In this document: piece by piece, positions 6,707 through 15,899 of the stretch
Layout of the letters: every line of letters starts with the position of its first letter
Position numbering within the stretch: position 1 is the stretch's first letter
DNA from: a virus
IMG/VR virus record: IMGVR_UViG_3300032293_000766
Coordinates: 1 to 64,000 of that record
Reading direction: 5' to 3' (one strand)
DNA: 64,000 nt
Translations under genes and position numbers: made by a program
Notes under the pieces: generated by a model
Seen by the model: the letters and a program-made list of their open reading frames with translations, nothing else
What the model was told of the DNA's origin: nothing
Database searches by the model: none

Positions 6707-6969
6707 GTAATAGAAAAATTTCAGAAGATGTCTATAAGCGTTTTACTCAGGATGTAAAAAAACGAGATAAAAGACAATGCCAAATGCCAGGATGTAAATC
6801 TAAAAGTAGGTTGCAAGTTCATCATATAAAAATGTGGTCTAGTGCAGCATCTCTAAGATATGATACTGATAATGGTATTACTTTATGTAAATCTTGCCAT
6901 GATAGCATCAAGAACAAAGAAAAACAATACGAAAAATTATTTAGAGAGATAGTAGATGGCAAACTATAA
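6703..6969 (+). CDS. HNH endonuclease (packaging-associated type)
   Basis: RDKRQCQMPGC...LQVHHI...NGITLCKSCH. Confidence 0.9.
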   Translation: MSNRKISEDVYKRFTQDVKKRDKRQCQMPGCKSKSRLQVHHIKMWSSAASLRYDTDNGITLCKSCHDSIKNKEKQYEKLFREIVDGKL

Positions 6970-7459
6970 AGTCGCACCACCTTTTACTGTAATTAAGGAC
7001 ACTAGAGAACAGGAGGGTTATTACTTTAGTAAATTCAACACATGCGCTGGCATGATTGATCAAAAACTAGATACTGGTGACTATACAATACAAGGCTTAG
7101 AAGATAAAGTTTGTATAGAGCGCAAAGGATGTGTGGAAGAATTAGCTATAAATTTGGGACAAAAAAAACATCAGTTCCTACAAGAGATTGACCGTATGCA
7201 ATCATTCCCACATAGATTTATAGTTTTAGAGTTTTCTTTGGAAGAATTAATAAAGTTTCCCGAAGATACCAGAATACCTATTAAAAATCAATCATCATTA
7301 AAAATTACTGGCAAATACATGCTTAAGTGCATAGTTGAATTTCAAATATACAATAACATCAATGTCTTATTCTGCGGAAATAAAAAGTCAGCATTCCTTG
7401 CTGTTAGTAGCATTTTTAAGCGAATTAATGAAATGTACACTATTGGAAGAAAGAAATAA
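6956..7459 (+). CDS. ERCC4/XPF-domain nuclease
   Basis: DTREQ...LDTGDY...IERKG...EL motif. Confidence 0.85.
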   Translation: MANYKVAPPFTVIKDTREQEGYYFSKFNTCAGMIDQKLDTGDYTIQGLEDKVCIERKGCVEELAINLGQKKHQFLQEIDRMQSFPHRFIVLEFSLEELIKFPEDTRIPIKNQSSLKITGKYMLKCIVEFQIYNNINVLFCGNKKSAFLAVSSIFKRINEMYTIGRKK

Positions 7460-7460
7460 T

Positions 7461-8087
7461 ATGGCAATTACACATGACAAATTGTTTGATTTACATAATT
7501 ATGGCTGCAATATAAAGACTAGAGAAATATTTTTGCATAATACTTATGCATCAGACGAGAACAGTAATCCCGGCGTTGAATATAAAATGGCTAATACGTT
7601 CATAAAAAATGTACGTGTTTTGGAACAAGATAACAACAATGAAATTTTCATACATATGCATAGTATAGGTGGAGAATGGTCTGACGGAATGGCTATATTC
7701 GATACTATTACTATGTGCAAATCCCATGTAACCATAATAGTTTATGGACAGGCAGAGTCTATGAGTAGTATCATTTTACAAGCTGCTGATAAACGACTTA
7801 TGACGCCAAATTCTTACTTTATGTCCCATTTTGGCTCTAGCGATGCTAATGGTCATTATTTAAATGTTCAAAACTGGGTTAAATATGAGAAAAACCTTTG
7901 TGACATCATGATGGATATTTATGCTAGCAGATGCGTAAAAGGTAAATATTTCAAAGATCAGAATTGGGATTTAACAAAAGTCAAAAACTTTCTTTATAGA
8001 AAGATGAAGAATGGCGATTGGTATATAAACGCTAATGATGCAGTAAACTATGGATTTGCTGATAAGGTTATTACATCATGGGAGTAA
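7461..8087 (+). CDS. clpP: ClpP-like serine protease
   Basis: HSIGGEWSDGMAIFDTI, AESMSSII (Ser), FMSH (His), DWYINANDAVNYGFADKV; likely start is the ATG at 7461. Confidence 0.8.
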   Translation: MAITHDKLFDLHNYGCNIKTREIFLHNTYASDENSNPGVEYKMANTFIKNVRVLEQDNNNEIFIHMHSIGGEWSDGMAIFDTITMCKSHVTIIVYGQAESMSSIILQAADKRLMTPNSYFMSHFGSSDANGHYLNVQNWVKYEKNLCDIMMDIYASRCVKGKYFKDQNWDLTKVKNFLYRKMKNGDWYINANDAVNYGFADKVITSWE

Positions 8088-10054
8088 ATGATCTTAAAAT
8101 AGTAGAAGAAGCATGGCTTGGTTTAGATCAAGTTGGAAGCAACTTTTTTAATCCTATGCAATTCGTTGCTTCTGATGATGAAGAATTTAATATAAGATTA
8201 GCTTGGCTTATGACCCAGCCCGACTATCTTCCATTTATAGCCAAGCATATTTTAAACACTCAACTTCTTCCATCTCAATCTTTGATTTTAAGAGAACTAT
8301 GGGAGCGTAAATTTCCTATGCTTATCGCTACTCGCGGCGCGGGAAAGTCTTTTATGCTTTCACTATATTCCATACTACGCGCATTAATACTACCAAAAAG
8401 AAAAATTGTTATTGTTGGTGCTGCTTTTCGTCAGTCCAAAATATTGTTTGAATACATGGAAACGATATGGAACAATTCTCCAATGTTGAGAGATGTTTGC
8501 GATGGAGACAGTGGCCCAAGAAGAGATACTGATCGTTGTACTCTTAAGCTTAATGATAGCACTATAACCTGTTTACCTTTAGGTGATGGTCAAAAGATTA
8601 GAGGTCAACGCGCCAACGATATCATATGCGACGAATTCGCGTCTGTTCCAAGAGAAATTTTCGAAAACGTTGTTGCCGGTTTCGCTGCTGTTAGTGCTAA
8701 CCCAGTAGAAAATGTAAAGAGATTGGCAGCAGAGCAAAAAGCTATAGAATTAGGTATTGATCTTGATAAACCTGTAGAGATCAAAAAAGACAATCAAATT
8801 ATTTTATCTGGAACTGCTTACTATGATTTTAATCACTTTGCTACTTATTGGAAAAAGTGGAAATCTATAATTAAAAGCAAGGGTGATGTAAACATGTTAC
8901 GCGAAATTTTTGGAGAAGATCCTCCAGAAAATTTTGATTGGAAACAATATTCTATAATACGTATACCATACGAACTATTACCTAGAGGCTTCATGGATGC
9001 TGATCAAGTAGCAAGATCTAAAGCTACTGTACATACTGGTATTTATCAAATGGAATATGGAGCTTGTTTCACAAGAGATTCTCAAGGATTTTTTAAGAGA
9101 TCATTGGTAGAATCCTGTATCGCTTCAGTATCTAATAACATCATAGACAGTAACGGTAATACGATACATTTTAATGCGTCTTTAATTGGTAATAAAGAAA
9201 AGCGTTATGTATATGGCGTAGACCCCGCTTCAGAAGTTGATAATTTTAGTATTGTTGTTTTAGAACTAGATGGTAACTATAGAAAAATAGTACATTGCTG
9301 GACAACTACGCGAACAGAGCATAAAGAAAAAGTTAAAAAGGGATATGTATCTGAAACAGACTTCTACTCATATTGTGCTAGAAAAATTAGAGATTTAATG
9401 CAGCTATTTCCATGCCTACACGTTTCTATTGACGCGCAGGGCGGCGGTATAGCAGTCATGGAATCGTTGCACGATAAAGATAAATTAAAACCTGGAGAAT
9501 TTCTAGTATGGCCTACTATTGAAGATAGTAAACCAAAGGATACAGACGATGAGCGCGGATTACACATATTAGAGATGTGTCAATTTGCTAGACATGATTG
9601 GCTAGCAGAAGCGAATCATGGAATGAGAAAGGATTTTGAAGACAAGGTTCTACTGTTCCCAGATTTTGACGCTATTAGTTTGGCTATATCTGAATCAGAA
9701 GATATATCTAGAAGTCGAATGTTTGACACTTTAGAAGAATGCGTAATTGAGATTGAAGAACTAAAAGATGAATTATCTATGATACAAATGACTCAAACTT
9801 CTAATGGTAGAGATAGGTGGGACACCCCAGAAGTTTTAGTTCGTACTGGTAAAAAAAATAAGATCAGAAAAGATAGATACTCTGCATTATTAATGGCAAA
9901 CATGGCTGCGCGTACAATACAAAGAACACCGACTGCTCACGAATACAATTTTTATGGCGGATTTGCTAATGGAGATTATCAAAAGAAGAACAAGGATGAA
10001 GATTACTATTCTGGCCCAAGCTGGTTTACTGACACTATGAAAGATGTGTATTAA
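8078..10054 (+). CDS. terL: Terminase large subunit
   Basis: Walker A ATRGAGKS, IRGQRA, Walker B ICDEFAS, ILSGTA, RNase H-like GVDPA and KDRYSAL. Confidence 0.92.
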   Translation: MGVNDLKIVEEAWLGLDQVGSNFFNPMQFVASDDEEFNIRLAWLMTQPDYLPFIAKHILNTQLLPSQSLILRELWERKFPMLIATRGAGKSFMLSLYSILRALILPKRKIVIVGAAFRQSKILFEYMETIWNNSPMLRDVCDGDSGPRRDTDRCTLKLNDSTITCLPLGDGQKIRGQRANDIICDEFASVPREIFENVVAGFAAVSANPVENVKRLAAEQKAIELGIDLDKPVEIKKDNQIILSGTAYYDFNHFATYWKKWKSIIKSKGDVNMLREIFGEDPPENFDWKQYSIIRIPYELLPRGFMDADQVARSKATVHTGIYQMEYGACFTRDSQGFFKRSLVESCIASVSNNIIDSNGNTIHFNASLIGNKEKRYVYGVDPASEVDNFSIVVLELDGNYRKIVHCWTTTRTEHKEKVKKGYVSETDFYSYCARKIRDLMQLFPCLHVSIDAQGGGIAVMESLHDKDKLKPGEFLVWPTIEDSKPKDTDDERGLHILEMCQFARHDWLAEANHGMRKDFEDKVLLFPDFDAISLAISESEDISRSRMFDTLEECVIEIEELKDELSMIQMTQTSNGRDRWDTPEVLVRTGKKNKIRKDRYSALLMANMAARTIQRTPTAHEYNFYGGFANGDYQKKNKDEDYYSGPSWFTDTMKDVY

Positions 10055-10055
10055 T
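10046..10055 (+). promoter_or_regulatory. Putative late promoter GTGTATTAAT
   Basis: 48 bp before the portal start. Confidence 0.5.
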
Positions 10056-10093
10056 TGTTATTGAACTAACAATCTAACTGATAAGGATTTAAT

Positions 10094-12100
10094 ATGACTG
10101 ACGACATGATTACATGGTCTGACGATGATCAAAACAGCAAGAGTGTTGCTATGAGCAAATTAAGTGAAAGCGTAAGCGAATATTCTTCTGTTAATAAATC
10201 TACTGGTAATCATTACAGAAATTTCATAGACATTGAGCCTAATAGATCAGTAAGACCCGGTTTTACTCATAAAGATTATTATGCATTTAGGCCAGAAGAA
10301 GCAGTTCCTACTGAACAACGCAGAATCATAAAAATGTGCATGGAAGCATATGACAAAGTTGGAATTATTCGTAATATTATTGATTTAATGGGAGACTTTG
10401 GTAGTCAAGGTATACAAATTGTACATCGTGATAAAAGTGTAGAAAAATTTTATCAGCAATGGTTTAAAAGTATAAATGGTAAAGAGCGATCAGAAAGATT
10501 TCTTAATAACTTATACAAATGCGGTAATGTAATTATATATCGAAGCTATGCTAAAGTAACGCCACAGTTAAATAATTACATGAAATCTATTGCTAGTGAT
10601 ATTAAAGTTGAAGTACCAAATGCTGAAAAAAATTTAATTCCCTGGAGATATAACTTTTTTAATCCGCTTACAGTTGCTATGAAAGATGGGAACTTGTCAC
10701 TTTTCATGGGACTAAAGAATTTTTCAATAAAAGCAGATAACTTTCTTGATAAATTTCAGTCTGGCAATATACCAAGTCACGTTCTTGAAAGTCTACCAAA
10801 AAATGTAAAACAAAGTTTACTTAATGGAGAGAGGGATATTCCACTAGACCCAGAGAGATTAAGCGTTTTTTACTACAAGAAAGACGATTGGAGACAGTGG
10901 GCGAACCCTATGATATATGCTATTTTAGATGATATTGTCATGTTAGAAAAAATGAGACTAGCAGATTTATCAGCCCTAGACGGAGCTATATCAAATATAA
11001 GACTATGGACGCTTGGTAACTTAGAATATAAAATCTTACCCAATAAAGCCGCTATCAATAAACTAAGAGATATATTAGCAAGCAACGTGGGTGGAGGAAC
11101 AATGGAATTAGTATGGGGTCCAGAGCTTTCATTTACTGAGTCAAGCAGTGAAGTATATAAATTCCTAGGTTCTGAAAAATACACATCGGTTTTAAACAGT
11201 ATATATGCTGGCCTTGGTGTTCCACCAACTTTAACTGGTATGGCAACAAACGGTGGAGGATTTACCAATAACTTTATATCACTAAAAACTCTTGTCGAAA
11301 GACTACAATACGGACGCGATCAATTGGCAGGTTTTTGGGAGAAGGAAATTGAGATAATTAGAAAAGCTATGGGTTTTAGACATAAGGCTCATATACAATT
11401 TGATCAAATGACATTATCTGATGAGGCTGCTGAAAAGAATTTATTAATACAATTAGCTGATAGGGATATTATCAGTCATGAAACTTTAATTGAACGATTT
11501 AAAGAAATTCCAGATATAGAAAGAATAAGACTAAAAAGAGAAATGGACAGAAGAGACAGTGTTGGTCCACCTAAAGCTAGTCCTTTTCATAACGCTAATC
11601 AAAAATTGGAGTTAGAAAAAATGGACAAGCAATCTAAGATCGATAAACAAAATGCCCCTAAACCTGTTCAGCCCTCTAATCCAAACGGTCGCCCACCACT
11701 AAAGCAAGACACTAATATTAGGAAAAAGAGGGTTGACAAACCTAGGTCTAAGCCGGGAGTTGCAGAGCTTTTAGTCTGGTCAGAAAATACTATGAGTGCT
11801 ATTTCTTCTCTTATAGTTGAGCCATATTTGAATGGTCTTAATAAATCTAATCTTAGACAGTTAACAAAAAGCGAGTGTAAACAGTTAGAAAATATTAAAC
11901 TAGATATTTTTACTAATATAAATCCATTATCTAGTGTATCAAATGAAGATATAGTATCATTATTAAAAGCTAATTCAAAAACTCCACAAGATTTCAAAAA
12001 AATCCTTAAAACAAGCGGTATATCTTTAGATAAGCTAAGTCTAGAAGAATACAAAAATAGCGTACTTGGTAAGTATATAGAGTACACTATGCAATTTTAA
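10094..12100 (+). CDS. Portal protein
   Basis: 668 aa directly after terL; IIRNIIDLMGDF, IYAGLGVPPTL and low-complexity C-terminal extension typical of portals. Confidence 0.8.
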   Translation: MTDDMITWSDDDQNSKSVAMSKLSESVSEYSSVNKSTGNHYRNFIDIEPNRSVRPGFTHKDYYAFRPEEAVPTEQRRIIKMCMEAYDKVGIIRNIIDLMGDFGSQGIQIVHRDKSVEKFYQQWFKSINGKERSERFLNNLYKCGNVIIYRSYAKVTPQLNNYMKSIASDIKVEVPNAEKNLIPWRYNFFNPLTVAMKDGNLSLFMGLKNFSIKADNFLDKFQSGNIPSHVLESLPKNVKQSLLNGERDIPLDPERLSVFYYKKDDWRQWANPMIYAILDDIVMLEKMRLADLSALDGAISNIRLWTLGNLEYKILPNKAAINKLRDILASNVGGGTMELVWGPELSFTESSSEVYKFLGSEKYTSVLNSIYAGLGVPPTLTGMATNGGGFTNNFISLKTLVERLQYGRDQLAGFWEKEIEIIRKAMGFRHKAHIQFDQMTLSDEAAEKNLLIQLADRDIISHETLIERFKEIPDIERIRLKREMDRRDSVGPPKASPFHNANQKLELEKMDKQSKIDKQNAPKPVQPSNPNGRPPLKQDTNIRKKRVDKPRSKPGVAELLVWSENTMSAISSLIVEPYLNGLNKSNLRQLTKSECKQLENIKLDIFTNINPLSSVSNEDIVSLLKANSKTPQDFKKILKTSGISLDKLSLEEYKNSVLGKYIEYTMQF

Positions 12101-12109
12101 CTATTTTTT

Positions 12110-12119
12110 GTGTATTATC
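12110..12119 (+). promoter_or_regulatory. Putative late promoter GTGTATTATC
   Basis: 26 bp before the protease start. Confidence 0.5.
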
Positions 12120-12135
12120 TTCATAAGAGGTAAAT

Positions 12136-13599
12136 ATGAACGTATATAAGAAAGAATTACAAGATGGTGTGGGAGAACTTGTAGAAAAACAAGTGTCCAT
12201 AGCATATTGTTCACCAGTTATACTTTCAGAAGAAAATGACCTTAATCCATCCTATGTCAACAAGGTTATAGCAAACAGTGCTAATCCTAAACAAATAGAT
12301 TTATATTACATTAAGTCTATTTTGGTTTCTACTGGATGGAATAAAAATGATGATGTCTTCGATTCAGCTGTAACTTGGGCTGCTCGTAAGACACCAGAAG
12401 ACAAACAATTCAATTTTATGCACAATGAGAATGACATTATTGGGCATATAACTGGTAGTTATGTAGTAGATCGTGATGGTGCGACTGTAGCTGATGTAGA
12501 AACTTATACTTCTGATTTCGATATCGTAACAGAAGCCGTATTATACAACAGTTGGACGAATCAAGAAAATAGAGACAGGATGAAGCAACTTATTGCCGAA
12601 ATTGAAGAAGGCAAATGGTTTGTTTCAATGGAATGTCTTTTTTCTGGATTTGATTACGCTGTAATGGATGAAAGTGGATCTACAGCATTATTACCAAGGA
12701 GTGAAGCGTCGGCGTTTTTAACAAAGCATTTAAGAGCTTATGGTGGAACTGGACAGTATGAAGGACGTAAGATAGGTAGATATTTAAAAGACATTTCTTT
12801 TTCTGGTAAAGGCTTGGTATCAAAGCCTGCCAACCCAAGAAGTGTCATCTTAGATGCTAGTCGTGCTAGCTCAGATAATACAATAACTTTTAAGTTTAAT
12901 CACAGTGAAGGAGATACTATGACAGATAACACAGTACTAGAACAGAACGTGACTGATCTTCGCGCTGAGTTAGCATCTCTCAAAGAAGAAAATGCTACAC
13001 TTCGTGCTTCAGTTGAAGCTTTTAATTCAAAAGAGCATGAAGATGTTGTTTCGAAGCTACAAGCTGAACTAACAACAAAGGCAGATTCAATTGAAAGTCT
13101 TAGTAAGTCATTATCAGAAAGAGATGTAACAATTTCATCTCTAGAAGAAGCTTTAGCTAAGTCTAAGGAAGAAATGATGAGCAAGGAAGAAGAACTCAAG
13201 ATGATGAAGAAGGAAAAGAGTAAGATGTCACGTAAAGCTAGTCTTCTAGATTTAGGTTTCTCAGAAGAAGAAACAGAAGAGTCTCTAGCTTCTTATGAAG
13301 AATTAGACGATACAAGTTTTGATCTCATCGTAGCCGCCATGAAGAAGGTTACAATGAAGAAGGAAAAGGCTCTTAAGCAAGAGGATAGTAAGAAAGACGC
13401 AAAAATGTTAGAGGAAAAGAAGGATAAGAAGTATGCTGAAGAAGAATCAAAGGCTGATGAAGTTACTGAAGAACTTTTCACAAACGTAGATTCAACCGAA
13501 GCCACTTTAATTAACGCTTCTGATGAGGTAGATCAATTAGAGGCCACAAGAGCAAGTATTGCAGAGTGGCTTGAGACAAACGTACTACGTGTTAAATAA
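12136..13599 (+). CDS. Prohead protease fused to coiled-coil scaffold
   Basis: N-terminal NKNDDVF..FNFMH..IIGH..VSMEC..PAN domain; E/K-rich coiled-coil C-half; lies between portal and capsid. Confidence 0.75.
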   Translation: MNVYKKELQDGVGELVEKQVSIAYCSPVILSEENDLNPSYVNKVIANSANPKQIDLYYIKSILVSTGWNKNDDVFDSAVTWAARKTPEDKQFNFMHNENDIIGHITGSYVVDRDGATVADVETYTSDFDIVTEAVLYNSWTNQENRDRMKQLIAEIEEGKWFVSMECLFSGFDYAVMDESGSTALLPRSEASAFLTKHLRAYGGTGQYEGRKIGRYLKDISFSGKGLVSKPANPRSVILDASRASSDNTITFKFNHSEGDTMTDNTVLEQNVTDLRAELASLKEENATLRASVEAFNSKEHEDVVSKLQAELTTKADSIESLSKSLSERDVTISSLEEALAKSKEEMMSKEEELKMMKKEKSKMSRKASLLDLGFSEEETEESLASYEELDDTSFDLIVAAMKKVTMKKEKALKQEDSKKDAKMLEEKKDKKYAEEESKADEVTEELFTNVDSTEATLINASDEVDQLEATRASIAEWLETNVLRVK

Positions 13600-13616
13600 T
13601 ATAAGGAGAAATAACT

Positions 13617-14066
13617 ATGGCTCTAAAATCAGATAGATATGAACTTCAAACTGATATCAGCTTTTTCTATAACGATGGAACTGCCACTCGCGGTGGCGTA
13701 GTTTCTCACGATACAACAGCTGGTTCAGGTGCTTCAATGGATCAAGGTGTCAATCTTGTTAAGTATTCAACAACTGGCATTCCAGTTGGCGTTCTTCTTA
13801 ACGACGTTGTAAACAAGGATCTAACTAGAACTCACCTTAATCTATATAAGGATGAAGTACAAAAGGGTGGCAAGGTAACAGTCCTACGTAAAGGATATGT
13901 AGTCACCAATAACGTAACTGGCACTCCGTCTGCTGGTGCTACCGCTTATCGCTGCACAGTAACCGCTGGAAATTTCAGTGCAGTTGCTAGCGGAAATAAG
14001 GTCGGAGCATTTTTAACTAGCAAAGACGAAGACGGTTATGCCAAAGTCGAAGTAAACCTTCCCTGA
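13617..14066 (+). CDS. Capsid decoration/cement protein
   Basis: 149 aa, small and beta-rich, between scaffold and major capsid; AAGGAG RBS. Confidence 0.6.
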   Translation: MALKSDRYELQTDISFFYNDGTATRGGVVSHDTTAGSGASMDQGVNLVKYSTTGIPVGVLLNDVVNKDLTRTHLNLYKDEVQKGGKVTVLRKGYVVTNNVTGTPSAGATAYRCTVTAGNFSAVASGNKVGAFLTSKDEDGYAKVEVNLP

Positions 14067-14093
14067 CTAATTTAAACTAAAGGAGAAATTTTT

Positions 14094-15101
14094 ATGCCAA
14101 TTAATAATAGACCTAGTGATGAGTTCATCAGTCTCCTACGTAAGTCAGGGGATGCGGATATCAATGTTGCTCAAGCTGCTCAAAGAGAGTTTGCTAAAGC
14201 ACTGGAACTACCCTTACGTAAGGGTATTCTTGTCGGTAACATTCTTGGTAACATCTTTGAAACCATTAATGTAGAACCCGGTGCCAACACTGAGTTCCCA
14301 TTAGACCTTGTGGCTCCCGGCTTAGAAGGCGACCATGTTGCTTATACTAATCCCGGCCACGGTAGAATTCCAGAGCGTTCAGTTGAGAGTGACTATGTGA
14401 TGATTCCAACATATAGCATCACTTCTTCAATTGATTATCTTCTTCGTTATGCCCGCGATGCTCGTTGGGATGTGGTGTCACGCGCCATGCAAGTTATGGA
14501 AGCTGGCTTTACAAAGAAGATGAATGACGATGGCTGGCACACTCTTCTAGCTGCTGGCGTTGATCGTAACATTCTTGTTTTTGATGCCGATGCAACTGCT
14601 GGTCTTTTCAGCAAGAGACTTGTTTCTCTTCTCCAGACAGTAATGCGTCGTAATTCTGGTGGTAATAGTGCATCAGTTGGTCGTGGTCGCCTAACTGATC
14701 TCTATGTTTCTCCAGAAGCTTTAGAGGATGTTCGTAATTGGGGTCTTGATCAGATTGACGAAGTAACTCGTCGTGAGATTTACAACGCTTCTGGCGATGG
14801 CGCTCCCATCACCAGAATCTACGGTGTGAACCTCCATGATCTTGACGAACTAGGCGAAGGTCAGGAATATCAGACATTCTTTACCTCACAGCTTGGTGGT
14901 AATGTTCAGACAAACGATCTAGAATTAGTCGTTGGTCTTGATCAGTCAACTAAGGATAGTTTTGTAATGCCCGTTAAGGAACAGCTACAGGTATTCGAAG
15001 ATCCTACTCTTCACAGACAGCAAAGAGCCGGTTACTATGGCTTTGCGGAACTTGGCTTTGGCGTGTTAGATAACCGTAGAATTATTCTAGGCTCATTCTA
15101 A
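14094..15101 (+). CDS. Major capsid protein (HK97-fold expected)
   Basis: 335 aa; position in head module; strong RBS; codon usage suggests high expression; terminator follows. Confidence 0.85.
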   Translation: MPINNRPSDEFISLLRKSGDADINVAQAAQREFAKALELPLRKGILVGNILGNIFETINVEPGANTEFPLDLVAPGLEGDHVAYTNPGHGRIPERSVESDYVMIPTYSITSSIDYLLRYARDARWDVVSRAMQVMEAGFTKKMNDDGWHTLLAAGVDRNILVFDADATAGLFSKRLVSLLQTVMRRNSGGNSASVGRGRLTDLYVSPEALEDVRNWGLDQIDEVTRREIYNASGDGAPITRIYGVNLHDLDELGEGQEYQTFFTSQLGGNVQTNDLELVVGLDQSTKDSFVMPVKEQLQVFEDPTLHRQQRAGYYGFAELGFGVLDNRRIILGSF

Positions 15102-15123
15102 TACTGTTTTAGTCACACACAGT

Positions 15124-15157
15124 AAGGCCACTCTCATATTCATGGGGGTGGCTTTTT
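15124..15157 (+). terminator. Rho-independent terminator after major capsid gene
   Basis: GCCACTCTCAT-ATTC-ATGGGGGTGGC stem-loop followed by TTTTT. Confidence 0.85.
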
Positions 15158-15167
15158 GTGTATTATA
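15158..15167 (+). promoter_or_regulatory. Putative late promoter GTGTATTATA
   Basis: Immediately after the terminator, 46 bp before the next start. Confidence 0.55.
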
Positions 15168-15203
15168 GATAGATATGGAAAATAAATTATAAGGAGAATC
15201 TAT

Positions 15204-15884
15204 ATGTCTGCTTTGTCTGATTACCTTGAATCTGGATTGTTACATCACGTATTTGCTAATCAGCCATTTACTATGCCAAGCTCTGTAGCTTTAGCTCTAT
15301 TGTCTAATCCCGCTACAGATATTAGTAATGGTAGTTCAATTTCTGAAATTCCAAGTGGAGTTGGTTCAGCGATTACTGGTTATAGCCGCGTTAATATCAC
15401 AAGCCTACAAGACGCTTGGAGATTTGCGTCATCTGCTGACAATGTTTCTTTTGCTGTTTCTGGAACCAGAAGTAATGCTGGCGTTGGTAGTGGAGTAACA
15501 GGTAATTTTTACCCAGTATACTTATCACAAGTACGCGCTGGAGGTTCTACATCAGAAACAGTAACGTTTTCAGAATTTCCAAATACAATATTTTATTTTG
15601 CTAGTGGTAACAACAATGTGTATGGATCTGGCTCAAGTATTGGGTCTAATACAAACTATAACACTTACCCTGCACCCAGTAGATATTTAGTAAATAAGTA
15701 TCAAATAATTTTCCCAACTGCTATCAATGATTGGGGTTTTGTTTCTGGTGTTGCTATTCTTGACAATGCAAACTATAAGTCTGGTAATGTTCTCATGTAT
15801 TCTACATTGACAAATCCAAGATTAGTTTATGCTGGAGATAATATAAGATTTGATGCAGAATCTTTACAAATTGTCTTCAATTAA
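15204..15884 (+). CDS. Virion structural protein (MSALSDYLE.../FPTA..DWG type) with inserted module
   Basis: N- and C-terminal motifs of a common phage structural family; insert shared with two other proteins. Confidence 0.65.
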   Translation: MSALSDYLESGLLHHVFANQPFTMPSSVALALLSNPATDISNGSSISEIPSGVGSAITGYSRVNITSLQDAWRFASSADNVSFAVSGTRSNAGVGSGVTGNFYPVYLSQVRAGGSTSETVTFSEFPNTIFYFASGNNNVYGSGSSIGSNTNYNTYPAPSRYLVNKYQIIFPTAINDWGFVSGVAILDNANYKSGNVLMYSTLTNPRLVYAGDNIRFDAESLQIVFN

Positions 15885-15899
15885 ATAGAAATATGTTAA

